64,000 bases of DNA, taken from NCBI GenBank assembly GCA_013239625.1, contig MU054001.1:2610151-2674150 (forward strand), given 5' to 3'. The notes beneath the pieces are model-generated. The model searched no databases. It was given only the letters and a program-made list of their open reading frames with translations, and was not told the origin of the DNA. Shown in pieces: positions 1 through 12,859 of this stretch. Both the position numbers and the translations under genes were made by a program. How positions within the stretch are numbered: position 1 is the first letter of the stretch; every line of letters begins with the position of its first letter. This DNA comes from Lama guanicoe (Eukaryota).

Positions 1-1325
1 CAATTGGATTTTGAATCAGTTACTTTCTTGGCTAGCTGTTGACAATACCCTAGCTTCTTGATAAAGTAAAACCTTATGTTGGTCACTGAATTTCTATCAA
101 AGGCATTGCAAACTAGTTATTGATTTTTTTTTAAGAAAAAGAAGCAAATCTACTGCGTGTACTCTTGCACTAAAATGTGAGCTAAAACAGCCAGATATGA
201 CTCACATGTCACATGAAATTCCTATAAATTAATAACAATAAAAATAAAAGAATGATATCAAGTGGGGATTTATTTAACATCAAACATCAGCTAATTACAC
301 TATCTGGAGACAATCTCAAGCACTCTCTGTAATCCAAAAGGTTTTACGGCTCAACTCTATGCTTTTCTCTATTTCCCCATTTCTTCATTCATCCATGCTG
401 CTCTCGCTCTGTCCTGCTCTCTTTCAATCTCAGCATGAAACTGTCTCTTCACTGTTTCCACCAAAAACTCATTTACACACAAGCATTTTGTGAATTTCAT
501 AACATTATTAAAGAACTGGGAGAGTTGGGAGAGAAGCCTCAGGAACAGTACACACCTACACCCATCTCCTTCCATTTTCTCTTCCACCCTCCCTCCCTCA
601 GTGTAGAAACCATTTAATTCTTTGCTTTGTCTCACACAAAGCTCTCTGATCCATGTTCATGCCCTCTTTAACCCAAAGCATTTCTCCAGTCTCCTGGCTG
701 AGAGCTCTGATAAAATTAAAACATGTCCATCTTATGACACCAAAAACGGGTCTCTCAAATTTTGTCAGGAGAGGTTTTCCCTGAAAGGGTATACAGTGGG
801 TCTCCAACAGTGGCTCCGTGGAGTAGGCTGTGTTAAAACAAGTACAGTAACTGGAGGCCCCACCTTCATCCATCAGAAAGGTCTTTCCACTCAGGAAAGG
901 CACCGAGTCCCAGTTCAGAAGGCTAACTGCCAAAAGTTTATTGTGTGCAAGAGTAGCAATTTCTAGTTTCCACAGGATGAATTAGATGAAAGGTGCTCGA
1001 TAGATGCTTGTAAATGATGCTGCTCTGGCAGCAGTGGCAGGTATCCATGCTTGAGCTCAGCGTGGTGCTGACTCGTGCTCTTCCAGTGGGAATCCGACTG
1101 CTCTGCCAACACTCCTCATCCTGAGGCTGTCAGGGAGGGCTTGCTCTCAGCTGCAGTGCAGTCCTGCAGTAGCTTGCCAAAGGGGTTGAGTGAGGCAGGC
1201 ATGTAAAATGTGAAGGATCACCAAGTTGGCCAAAGGGAAGATGGGTCAATGTGTTCATTGGAGTCTGAGTCAAAGTAAAGGATGTTTTAGGTCATGGAAC
1301 TTCCGGGGCTGAGATCTCTAGACTA

Positions 1326-1536
1326 GGAGTCAGTCAGCTATGGCCTGTGGGCCAATTTGGTCATGGCCTGTTTTTGTACAGCCCATATTACATCCACAGC
1401 ATATATTTGGACAAACGGTTTTTACATTTTTAAACAGTTGTAAGAAGCAAAGACTATGTGATGGAAAATATAGCATGTGACCAGCAAAGCCTAAAATATT
1501 TACTATGTGGGCCTTCATAGGAGAGGTTTGCTGATC
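1326..1536. mobile_element. hAT-Charlie MITE, MER58 family (B/C-like)
   Basis: ggcctgtgggccaattt...cctgtttttgtacagccc...gcaaagcctaaaatatttactat...gtttgctga matches remembered MER58 ends. Confidence 0.75.
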
Positions 1537-1547
1537 TTACTCTGGAC

Positions 1548-1712
1548 CAGTGGTACTCAGTCTTGACTAAATACCAAGGCCACCTGGGGAATCTTTAAAA
1601 GCAAAACAACACAAGCAGATAGATAACTCTGCCCTAAACAAACCTGCTGGATTAGGCTCTCCAAACTGTTTGCTAAACTATTACAGGTAGTTCTGAGGGT
1701 TACCAGTGTTGA
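1548..1712. mobile_element. MER5-type hAT-Charlie MITE, degraded
   Basis: cagtggtactcag...cacctggggaatctttaaaa...caggtagttctgag, MER5-like layout. Confidence 0.5.
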
Positions 1713-1924
1713 CAATGATGTAGACCTTTTACTTTGCAAAACTGCCTAAACACTGGCCTTGCACTCAGCCTACCATCAAGCAGAGCATCAGATCTACGTT
1801 GGATTCATCTCAGTCTCTGTTTCAGCAGAAGGGATGTCTGGGGCAAGAGAAAGAGAAAGTCCCCAAGAAAGTTTCAACATTGCCCAGGAAAAAAATGTGA
1901 AAAGTTACCAAAAAAGCTGATATT

Positions 1925-2105
1925 TACCAAGCACTATGGTATTTGCTGAACACGTTATATACATTTTCACAATGATTCTTGCAGCAACTCTGTTAAGCAA
2001 ATTATTATTGTGGGGCAACTGAGGCTTGAGAATGTTAAATGATTCATCCAAGGTTACCTAGTTATCAAAAAGCACAGCTGGGACTTGAACTTGGATGTGC
2101 CTGCT
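1925..2105 (-). mobile_element. MIR SINE
   Basis: aactgaggcttgagaatgttaaatgattcatccaaggttacc...gggacttgaac is the reverse MIR core. Confidence 0.65.
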
Positions 2106-3224
2106 GCCCGAGTCTCATTCTTAACCGAAGTGCTTTGATGTCAGATTGTCATTGAATAGAACCACCAATAGCTGGAGATCTGACAGACCCTCTTGGGGGT
2201 GGATGGGAAAGAGTGTGTCAAGTGTACTGATTGATACCTTTGCTGTCATAGAGAGCCGCAGACGCTGGGAATATGGGGCCTCCCTGATGGCTGTCTTGGA
2301 GAGGAATGGGGGGGAATCTAGATTTAAGCCCCTCATTCACCTGCAATATTTAACCCATGTTGTTAGCTCCCATCCCTTCCAGGCCTAAAATGCCACATAC
2401 AGACACTTGCCTCTACCCTTTCAGCTCCCAGGGCATTGCTGGAGGGCAAGTGCATGCTCATCGGAATGAGGATAAGCAAACAGACTATAACTTGAATGAT
2501 GCCCTCTGGAGTTATCCAATGCAGAGGCCCAGTATTACCTATCTTATGGAAGAATGTGAGCCTTAGGGAGATTAATGAACTTGCTTAAAGTTGCCCTGAT
2601 TCTAAGGGTGGTGTCTCTAAGGCCCACACTCTTTCTATGATCACCACTGCCTTGTCTGTTTCCAGCCTATGGGCCAGGCTGATGCAGAGAAGGAAACCCT
2701 TCTTCCCTCCTCCGTCTAATTCTCTGTATACCCACCAGGGCCGTTCCCAAGAAAGGGACAGCCTAGTGATTCCTGGGGCCTCTTGAGGAGTCCCAGGTCT
2801 GAGCGGTCCTTTCTTGGGCCTCTCAGTGGCCTGGTCTCAGTTGAAGATTTTCCCCTTCAGGAGGCCCAACTGCTGCCACATTGTCAATTGCTAGCTGGTT
2901 ACCATGGAAACGGGTCTCAAGAGGGATCTGCTTTTCTCCCTCCTTGAATGAGGAGGAGTATAGGGCTTTGTGAGGGCAGCGCTTCCCCCTTCGTGGCCAG
3001 GAGAAGGACTGGCTTTGGGTGATGGGGTTTATACAATTTGCCTGAGGACCCCACTCTTTGTCAGCACAAGATTGTCGATTATTCATTCTGGAGAACAACT
3101 GTCATTTGGAATACATATCCTTTCTCCTTGTTGATGGTTAAAATGCCTTTTCTTTCATGAAATTAATGATGATAGTAGAAGGAATGGTTTAAAAGGTGTC
3201 ATCACTTGGTAAAGTAGAAAGTTT

Positions 3225-3560
3225 GTTAATACATGCAATAATATGGATGAGTCTTAAAATCCTTATACTAAGAGAAATAAGCCTTGCAAAAAAAAAAAGA
3301 GTACATACTATATGATTCCGTTTACATAAAATTCTAGGAAGTGCAAACTAATCTGTAGTGACAGAAATCAGAGTAGTGGTTATTAGGGCTGGGGAGGAGA
3401 GAGGGATGGATTATAAAAGGGAATGAGGAAACTTTTGGGGGTGATAAAATGTTTCTTATCTTAGTTGTGGTGATGGTTTCACAAGTGTATACATATTTAA
3501 AATGGATCAAATGTTATATTTTAAATATATGTCACTAAGCATATCTTAATAAAGTTGAAA
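3225..3560 (+). mobile_element. Old L1 (L1MB/MC-type) 3' end
   Basis: gtacatactatatgattccgtttacataaaattctagg...gcaaactaatctgtagtgacagaaatcag...gtggtgatggtttcac...aataaagttg, typical L1M 3' UTR. Confidence 0.8.
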
Positions 3561-3899
3561 CAAAATAGCAGCCTTTTGTTGGGCTTCAGTTTTCATTTTG
3601 ATTTTTTTTGTGATTAAAACTATCTTTGGAAAACCAAAGTGTGGGAAACCTAGGGCTCTGGTTGCAACATTTCTGTATACATGTGAAAGAGGGGACATCT
3701 GCTTCTTGTGCCCTCTCTAGACTCAACCTCAAACCCCGGGATTCCTGTGACAGGAGAAAGAGACTCTATAAGCTGATTGGCACTAAGATACCTTGAACCT
3801 AATGTGGCTTGTTTCCCAAGGGTGTTTACATTTTATAAGAAACTCATAGCTGTGAAGAAGGATCATTTTGGCTACTGTAGGTTTATTTACCTTGTGTGG

Positions 3900-4720
3900 C
3901 CAAGGCAGCAGTTGGGGATCAAGTTAAAAGATCCCCTGTGGTAATCTAGTAAGAGACAATAGTGCCCTGAACTCCAATACTGGAAAGGGGTTGGAGGCAA
4001 GTGGATCTAACTGAAAGGTAGTGTCTTAGTTAGAGCTGCTATAGTAAAATTCCATAGAACATGTGGCCCAAACATTTAACTCTCACAGATTGAGAAGTCC
4101 CAGGACAAGATGTTGGTAGATTCGATATCATGTGAGCAGATCAAACCATCTGCTTCCCGGCTTGCAGATGACCCTCTGCTCATTGCCTCCTTACATGGCC
4201 AAGAGAGAAATCATCACTCACCTGTTTCTTCTTACTAGGGCACTACTTCATTTGTCAGGGCTCCACCCTCATGACCTAATTACCTCCTTATGTCCTAATA
4301 CTACCACATTGATGGGTAGGGTTTCACCATACCGATTTGGTGGTGGGGGTGGAGGGTTGAAATATTCAGTCCATGACATGTAGCAAAGTTAGAATCAACA
4401 CAACTAGATTCAACAGATTCACTGGATGTGAGTGGGAATCAGAGAGAAGGGAAGACTAGGAGTGATGCCCAAGGTTTGTCTTTAGAGAACTGTGGGGTTA
4501 GTTAATGGAAGGTGGGCTCAGGTTTAAGTAAGGTTATGAGAGATGATGAGTTCAGTAGGGATATGCTGAGTTGGAGGTGCCAGAGACGCAACTGGAAACA
4601 TCAAAAAGGAAGTCAGACTTAAGAATCTGAAACTCGGGAGGTGAATCTAGCCCATAGATATCGAGATTTAGCATATTGCTGGGACATGAAACCATCAGGA
4701 GGGAATGAAATAGTAAATGC
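3900..4720 (-). mobile_element. L2 fragment interrupted by an MLT1 LTR
   Basis: gtggtaatctagtaagagac and gagtgatgcccaaggtttg...gatgatgagttcagt...gctgagttggaggtgcc are reverse-strand L2 motifs on both sides of the LTR. Confidence 0.6.
4022..4378 (-). mobile_element. MaLR solo LTR (MLT1A/B-like)
   Basis: Starts tgtcttagtt..gctgctatagtaaaattccataga; contains ctccaccctcatgacctaattacctc; ends attcagtccatgaca. Confidence 0.8.
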
Positions 4721-7700
4721 ATGTTGAATGAAATTCTCCGTTTTCTGTTACTTTAGTCATTAGTTTTCAGGTTTCACAGGCCATTCTTTGTTTACATGAT
4801 GGAGAAAAAAGTCCTTAATTAGCGGCAGGCATAATAGAAAATCCATTCTTTTTTGACTATAGCAAAGGGCATAGCTGTTGGGAACAGAAATGTGGAGTTT
4901 GAATTACCAAAAGTCCTCAATCCTTTGGTTTTTATCTGAACATACACTTTAAGATTTTTAGAAAATACTCCCTCATTGATGTTCCCACTGCAGTTGATGC
5001 ACACCTCCAAGAGAGTACTGTTTAGCTTTGGCCCTTTTTTGCATTTAGGCTTCTGTTTCTCCCTGTGCATTAAGCCCCTTGGCTTATTTAAGTTTTGACA
5101 TGCAGTCAAGGATGTGTGTGCTAAACTGGGTGCTTCATCTCCACAGTTCCCAAGTTGAGTTTTCTAGCAAAATTCTCTTGACTTCCCTGTTTGTGTACTA
5201 ATGAGAGCAAAGTGAAATGGGGTGGTGTATATACCCACTTGAAAGGAGAATTTTACTCATTTTTACCTAAGGAAGAAATAAGTGATTGTATAATGTGTTA
5301 TTGAGTCCGAAATTTAAAGACATGTCCTTGATGCTTACTATAAACCTGAAGCACTGGACAGATCCTTCTCTTGGTTTTCTGTACAAACATCCAAGAAATC
5401 TATTTTAATTTGGTCCTTAGACTTTCTGTGATTTCTCTTAGCTTGCCAGGCCAAATCTTAGCTCTCCAAAATCATCCAGAAAAATAACCAAAGATACCGT
5501 TTCTGTCAAATGCTGAGAGAGACTGATGACATCAGGACGTTGTCCGTTTGTATTTACATCTTAATTTTAAGCCAACTGTTTTTGTATTTACAGTCTGCAT
5601 CCATTAATTTAGGACATCATGAAAATGGTTTATGTTTGATGGTTGAGTTTCGTAATGAGCAGAATTTCTGCATGGATTTCTCACTCATTTAACAGCTGAG
5701 GACATGTCATTAGTTTATAAGCACTACTGATAAATCATTTGGCAAATAGTTCTCAGTCCTTTAAAATAATTTTTATTTCTTGTGATTTCAATTGTCTCCG
5801 CATTTTTCCTTGTAAATAGTTGAAGAGTAGGCACATTTTCAAAGAGCTGTAGGGAGGCTAAGATGCCAGTTGCATTTTAACGATATAGGGCATTATCGTT
5901 CTTACTGTAGCCAATTCTCTTTTAAATCATTGCAGTTTCTGCTCTAGCCTCCAGCTATAGAATTCTTTTCAAGCTGGCAGTGAACTTGGCAGGCTGCCAG
6001 AAGAAATATAAAGGTGTTTTGGTCCACCGAAGTATTTTGAGTGGTTCTTAGTGATACAGTTTTCTTCAGTACATCTGCAAAACATTTTTCTGAAGTGAAT
6101 TTTCATGTGAAAGCCTCCTTAATCATCACCAGCATTGTTTGTTTCAATGCAGTTATTTAAGTGCCCCCCTGGGTGCCTACAAAATAAACAAGGGAATCCT
6201 CTAAAGAGTTTTAAAAGTGGCAGGTGCTGAGGCTGTGCCCTATTCACTTAGTTTGCAATGACATTTTTGTGCTAATCTATAGACAAACAAGAGACAGGTG
6301 ACACACCGAATCAAGTACAATGAACTAGAGAAGACGGTTTTGGCCAATGGGGTCAGCTCTAGATAAGATGCTTTTCAGGCTAATGCATCCAAGAAGCAAC
6401 TGCTTTTTAACCCTCTTGCTGTTTGCATTCTGGCTATAAAAATCTGCTATTTAAACCTGTAAAACTCTGGTATTTAATCTGATATGTTAACTAAACTTTT
6501 GGAGGTTTAAGTGAAAACAAAAGGAGATTCAAGATTCAAATATTTGTATCTACGTGTCTTTGAAAACACAAGTAAATATGTATGTATTTATGTATGGATA
6601 CACATACACATGTATATATATTTCTGCTCAAAGAAAAAGAATACTGTGATTAAACATTAAAACATGTAAAAATGACCATTTGTTTGCCATTCTGGCCATG
6701 AATTCAATCCACCTTTCTTGTATTTCCACAACAAACCACCCTATTTATATGCCAAACACCAACACACATGATGAAACTTAAATAAATGATTAAGCATATT
6801 TTTTTTTTTTACTGTTTCCTATTGATCGCCCTGTGTATGCACAAACTCTGTTTCTAGGAGACTGACTTTCTTTTTTTTTAAAGTTTGGTTAGTCATCTAC
6901 ATAGAGATACTTGGTAGGAAGTTGATGTTATTACATTTTAATGCAGGCAAATTATTAACCACCACCCTCCTATTTCTTTTTTAAAGTAATCCGACTCATG
7001 AGGTGGAGACAAAAAGAATTCCGTGGAAGATTTTTTAAAGCTTATTTTCGTGTGTGTAAAAAATGAAGCATATCCATTGTAAACAATGCTGAATGCATAA
7101 AAACACTGGAAAATCACTATAATATTCCACTGCACTAAGGGGAAAAGTTTGGAGAACATTTACACACTGCTTAGGAAAAACTGAAGATTTTGCATCTAAT
7201 ATCCCTTTCCCACCACACGTAAAAAAATGTACCAGGCAATAACATCTTATCCAGCCTTTTCCAACTTAAGTCTCCTTGGCAAGGTCCATTTTGATTACTG
7301 CGATTAAGAACAAAAAGTACTCACTCTGTTTTTCGTTAAATCTTCAGCATCATTAAATTTCAAGCCCTGGGTCTATTGGTTTGGGCTCAGCTGCTTCCCA
7401 GGCAATCAGCTTTGGTTTACAAGAAAAAATGTATTATTTACCAAGTGACTAATGGGAGGAAACATACAACTCTTTGTAGCAATACTGGCAACCCTAGAAT
7501 TGAAGAACTAAAGGAAACTTAGATATCATTTATGTGACATTGGGAGAAAAAGAACTTCATTAAACTTGACTTGAGAACCCCTGAGCCAAATGCAGTGCTT
7601 GATTAGATTTGCTCTGGCTTGTCTGTGATAGAGGTAGAGCCTTCTACCAAAGCTAGAGATGGTTGCCTGCTGGTCTAGCAGCAGCGTGCTGGAGGACTTG

Positions 7701-8189
7701 GTACTATCAGGGGGAGGGTTCTTACGTTCTGAGTTTTACCAGGAAACTCTCAACCAACTAGGTAATAAGTCAGCAGAGAGAAAGAAATTGTCCACTGGCC
7801 AGTCTGCAGCAGGGCTGCGACAGCTTTCAAATGTGTAGCGTGTTCCTTTTCCTCCTCAACATATTATGATTGTTTTTCCATCAAAGAATGGCTCAGGATT
7901 TATCAAAACAGTAAAGCCTCCTGGTTGCTATCTTTGGACTTTGACCATCAGAGTCACCGTCCCAAACTTAATCAAAATATCAATATTTCAATGCCTGCCA
8001 GAGGATGAGAGTAAACATAATAGAAACTTAAAGAAACAGCCACCTTCCTAGGAAGAAATGCTTTTAGGGGATATACTGTCTGAGATGAGACTCCATACTA
8101 CAAGCCTTTCTCCCATTTAAAAATGGGAACAGTTAACGAAATACAGATGATGTGGGTGACATATAACTACAGAAAAGAGGTAATGCCTC

Positions 8190-8412
8190 TTACTAAGAGG
8201 AAGAGGTTAGGTCGTGAATCCCTTTGGTAATTTGATGAAATATATGTACTCATTGTGTACGTGCACGCATACATGCTTGTACATGCAGGTGCAAATTTAC
8301 TATGTATACATAAACACACACGTGTGATAAAACTTTAGGGGAAACAGAGTCCCTCTTGAAGTGAATCCACAGACCTTCCCAGGGACTGTGCACACCTGGT
8401 TGAGGACCCTGT
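8190..8412. mobile_element. hAT-Charlie MITE, subfamily uncertain
   Basis: ggtcgtgaatccctttggtaatttgatgaaa...ggttgaggaccctg; a related copy lies at about 34465-34620. Confidence 0.45.
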
Positions 8413-10879
8413 GTTAGAGCACACACAATATAGCCAATACATATTTTCTTGGGGGTGTGGATGGCATTAAATACTGCTTTTGCATGGGACAGTCTCATTA
8501 CGTTGATGGCCAGCACAGAGACGAAGAAAAGAACCAACGCCTTGAATTGTACATCTTGTACATCGGTGTAACCAAGATAACTTGCATGTCCACAGGCCTT
8601 TGTACTTTGGAAACCACATTCCCATCTGTAGCTTTGTTCAGCAAAGAGCATCAACTGTAGTATTATCTCCATTTTATAGGCGAATAAACAAATGTGGGAG
8701 TTAAGTGCCTGCCCAAGGCCAGGGATCCCTAACCTCATACTCCTGCCACTACGTTGCTCTGACAAGGGCTTTATCTGAATGTGAATCAAATCCTTGTCAA
8801 ACTTGACTTTTCTTTTCTAGTTTTCATGCACTTAAAGGAGGCCTATGGTTTTGATGTAATTTATTTGTGTTCTTTCCTATGATCGTTGAGTGGATATTGT
8901 ATTGATTTTAGATGTTTTAGATGAGTATTTGGAGATTTCTATAGCCGAAGAAAACACATCACTTTCACCCTAAGTAAGACATTTGCCGTTACCTAATTCA
9001 GCTTCCATGGCTTCCTTTACACGCACTGTTTAGAATCCCCAGATCGTGAGCATGCAGTTCTTGCCTGGATTAACTGTTTCATTTCAGAATGCCCAACAGA
9101 AAGTGAAATTGAGAACAGTGGCAATTTTTCAGGTGACTAGAAGCAATGCAAAAAAAAAAAATCACAACTGCTACTTGAAATATCCAAAATAACTGAGACA
9201 GATTTGATTCACGTGATGAGACTTCCAGTCCCTTCTTGGGGCACTGCTGCTCAGTCCTGGCATTTCCTTGCCTCTTTCGTCAATATATTCCAGGTGGCTG
9301 CTTGTTTAGAAAGGCAGTCAGAATGCTCATCAAAACTAACCACACTTGCTATTTATCCCATCTCTTTAACTTAGCAATGTGGTCTTGCATCTATTTTCTC
9401 ATGTGCTTCTCACAACAGCTTGAGAAGGTGCTCTGTTTAGGATGGTTACACTCCTGTTACAGGACACTCTGAAGACCCTGAGAAGTCAGATGTGGTTCAG
9501 TCTTTTGTTTTCACGGAGTCTAAGTCACCAGCTTGAAAGATGAAAGATTCAATGAACTCTCCAGAAGATAATTTAACACCTTATTTACACATGGTGTTTT
9601 ACCAGCTACAACACATTTTCACATCTGTAACTTCATTTTATACTCACATATAGACTCACTCAGCAGGGAGCTGGAATCAAGTATTACAGATGGGCCAAGT
9701 GAGCTTGAGAGAGACTGAGGGAAAGAACTAAACCAGAACCAAAGTCTTCCCAATTCCAGCCTTTCCCATTGTCTTGGAGTCACTGGTCCATTTTACTGAC
9801 ATGATTGTTATGCTAGGGAAGGGCCAATGAAGTCGGTCCTTATTTTATACCTATTTCTTCTGACCCTTCTATGTCCTTGCAGGCAGCACCTCAATTGACT
9901 TTCAAGATTCAGGTAACCAATTTTCTTGCTGTTTGCTTAAGAGCACTCATTTTGAAGTACATGAAACTGGCTTAGACCTTTAGACAGATCCCCAGGGGAT
10001 GACTTATGTGTGCAGTGGTGAAAGTCGATTTAACAAAACCATTAATTTGAGTTTCTGGGAATAAACAGTAGCTGTCACCCACCATCAGAAAATACACAGA
10101 CAGTGCTTTGTAATCCAAATTGCAAAGTGCCTGAGAATACGACTGAATCAAGGAAAATAACTTTGGTGGTTGTTCAAGTCTGTGTATTGTTTTAACTTTC
10201 TGGCCAGGATGGTTCATTTCAGTGTGGTTTTCAGAAAACTAGATATTGGGTTGTGCCTGCCACATTTCATCAGTCATGCCGCATTACGTGCATTAGGAGG
10301 CCCTATGAATTCTTTTGGTCTCAGATTTACTGCAAGATGAGGCAGAAATCCATTTATGAATCCAAGGAAAGAGACCGTTAAAGATAGTCCCCCTTCACCA
10401 GGGGAGACAGCACATGGTCCTCTCACCATTCTCTTGTGACAGTCCTCCTGCCAAACCCAGTCCCTCCCCTCAAATAAAAAGACAATTCAAGTAAAGCTAA
10501 ATTCAAATAGGGATAAAACAGTTTTTTTCAAAGATCCATGGCTGATTGTAAAATTGTCTTCATTTTTTTAAAACAATCCACAGGAGGCAGCATTACTATG
10601 ATAAGCATGAAAAACAGCTTCAACATCAGTGATCTGATGAGCTCACGAAAGAACAGCTACTGATATTCTTAAATGCCTGGAGTCTGTGCTCATGTGCAAA
10701 CCAAGTTCACTGATTTTTATGCTTTAAAATTATTAAAAAATATTTAGTAAGGAATATTTAAAACATACAAAATGATAGAGGGCATTATACCTTACACCAT
10801 CATCCAGATAGCTCTGACCAGTGTGAGCACTTTGCCATGTTATCTTCAGATCTCCTTTTTCTTAGATAAACCACACAGT

Positions 10880-11032
10880 AGTGTGTATATACATATACAT
10901 ATACACACACATAAACACACACACATAAATACATATACACATATACTTAGATATACTCATATACCTATATATAAGTATATCTATACATACACACACATAT
11001 ACATACACATACATACATACACATATATACAC

Positions 11033-11073
<41 letters not shown>

Positions 11074-11075
11074 TA
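10880..11075. repeat. Compound (TA/CA)n then (TG)n microsatellite
   Basis: Directly visible alternating purine-pyrimidine tract. Confidence 0.95.
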
Positions 11076-11270
11076 TATGGGTTTGAGCTGCGTAGGTCCA
11101 CTTATATGTGGATTTTTTCACTAAATCCATGCAACAGTATTACCTGATCCTCGGTTGAATTCATAAATGTGGAACCACAGATATGGAGAGCTCACTGTAA
11201 ATTTATACTTGGATTTTCAGTTGCATGGAAGATCAGTGCCCCAATACACAAGTTGTTCAAGGGTTGACTA
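11076..11270. mobile_element. TcMar-Tigger2a-like MITE
   Basis: gggtttgagctgcgtaggtccacttatatgtggattttt and terminal ttgttcaagggttgact (Tigger2 TIR), flanked by TA runs. Confidence 0.8.
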
Positions 11271-11547
11271 TATATATATATAAAACAATAATATAAAATA
11301 ATATATATAACAAATATATATACACAAAATACCTGCTTACACATATGTGTGTATATCTATATACATACAGATATATAGCTTTATATAATATATGTGCATA
11401 GCTAGCTGACTAGAGAGCATACTCACTAAAGTCATTATTAACAAGCATACTGTTTTGGGGGATGTGAGGCTCTTTCTATATCTGAAACCCTAAAGCCCCA
11501 GTGCAGTATGTCTGCTAATAATTCTTTCAGAAAGAACATCTCTTCTC

Positions 11548-11640
11548 AAACTCTCTAAGTCTTTGTATGTCTGAAAGCGTATTTATTTTGGCCTCTTATT
11601 TGAATGAAAATTTAGCAAAATATAACATTCTAGGTTGATA
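11548..11640 (-). mobile_element. L1/HAL1 ORF1 C-terminal fossil
   Basis: Minus strand translates QPRMLYFAKFSFK*EAKINTLSDIQRLREF, matching the ORF1p motif QPRILYPAKLSF..EG.IKTF.D.Q.LREF. Confidence 0.8.
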
Positions 11641-12039
11641 GGAATTGTTTGTATATTATTTATCTTTTCCTTTTCAACTTGAATCTATGCTCTGTTCTCT
11701 CCTAGTATCTCCTGCTGCCTTGCTCTGGTCGGTCACTTACATTTAGACTCACGTACTCATTGGGAGCCAAATCTTAGCCACTGTAGGCTTCTGACATCAC
11801 TTCATTCAGTGCTTTGTGCTTGTCTCCTATTTCTGCCAAGGAGATGTTAATCTTATCTTTGTCTCTGATCTTTATTATTATTATATTATTATCATTATCA
11901 TTATCATTATTCCTTTCCTGCTCTATTGCCACACATAGGAGTCAAAGGGGTTTTCATGGACTGGACTATCTACTCCCCCCTGGTCTCTACTGAAATAAAT
12001 ATAATGGAGGAAACAGGATTAAAATTAAGTTTAAACTAT

Positions 12040-12673
12040 TAGTCTTAGTAGGATTGCATAATAACTTTGGAAAGTAAAGGTATCATGTGCTTAAAAAGAA
12101 AAGAATAATTGGTAGACAAGAAAGAATTCATAGAAAATAAATATTTACCAAAACTAAAAATAGAATACAGACACCAAACAGCTGAATGTTGAAATAATGA
12201 ACTGATAAACCAGCAGAAGACATTCTTCAAAGTGCAGAGCCAGAGGACAAAATTTAAATTATGGATAAAAAGAGAAGAAACACAAAGTAAGTCTAAGAGA
12301 TGAGATTTCTAATGTGTATCATAGAAAGAGAAAATATAAATGGGGAAGAAGTTTTAAAAAGTGATAACAGAACAAGTGAATAAAATTCCCCCAGACAAAG
12401 AAATTCTTGAGTCTTCAGATCATAGGGCACACCGAATGCCAGGCAGGTAGGTACTTAGAAAAGAGACACACATAGATATATCCTAGTGTTATTTTTGAAT
12501 TTTGGGGATATGGGGAGAAAAATACACACAATTTCAGTATAAAAAAAGAATGTGGTGACCGTTAAGGAGGGAGAATCAGTCTGGCAACAAATGTCTCACC
12601 TGTAATATGAAAATACTAGCAGGAATAGAAAAGAAATTCCAAAACTCAGGAGGGATATGATTTTGATTTCAAC
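12040..12673 (+). mobile_element. L1/HAL1 ORF1 coiled-coil/RRM fossil
   Basis: Decayed motifs LQI..AHRMPG (one indel), THRYILV and RISLATNVS (cf. RIRLxxDFS); ends at gatttcaac. Confidence 0.7.
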
Positions 12674-12859
12674 ATTTTTGGGTCCTCTCAAACCATTCTC
12701 CACGTGTAGGGAAAATAAAAACAATATAGTGACAATTGTAATAACAAAGTCCAGGAATCAACGTGGAATTAAAGTGTAATTTTGTTTTAGGTTGCAGCAG
12801 GAGTGTGTGTAGATGCTGCTTAACTCTTGATAGAGAAATGTAAGCTTTTTTGTTTGTTA

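Noticed and set aside
369..516. Minus-strand terminal-exon-like frame FFNNVMKFTKCLCVNEFLVETVKRQFHAEIEREQDRARAAWMNEEMGK after a good acceptor
   Set aside because: No recognisable homology and no upstream in-frame exons; purine-rich composition explains the charged look
8250..8789. Longest supplied ORF (179 aa, minus strand)
   Set aside because: Spans a MIR and a hAT MITE; no domain recognised
10772..11101. His/Thr/Tyr/Val/Cys-rich ORFs
   Set aside because: Translations of the microsatellite
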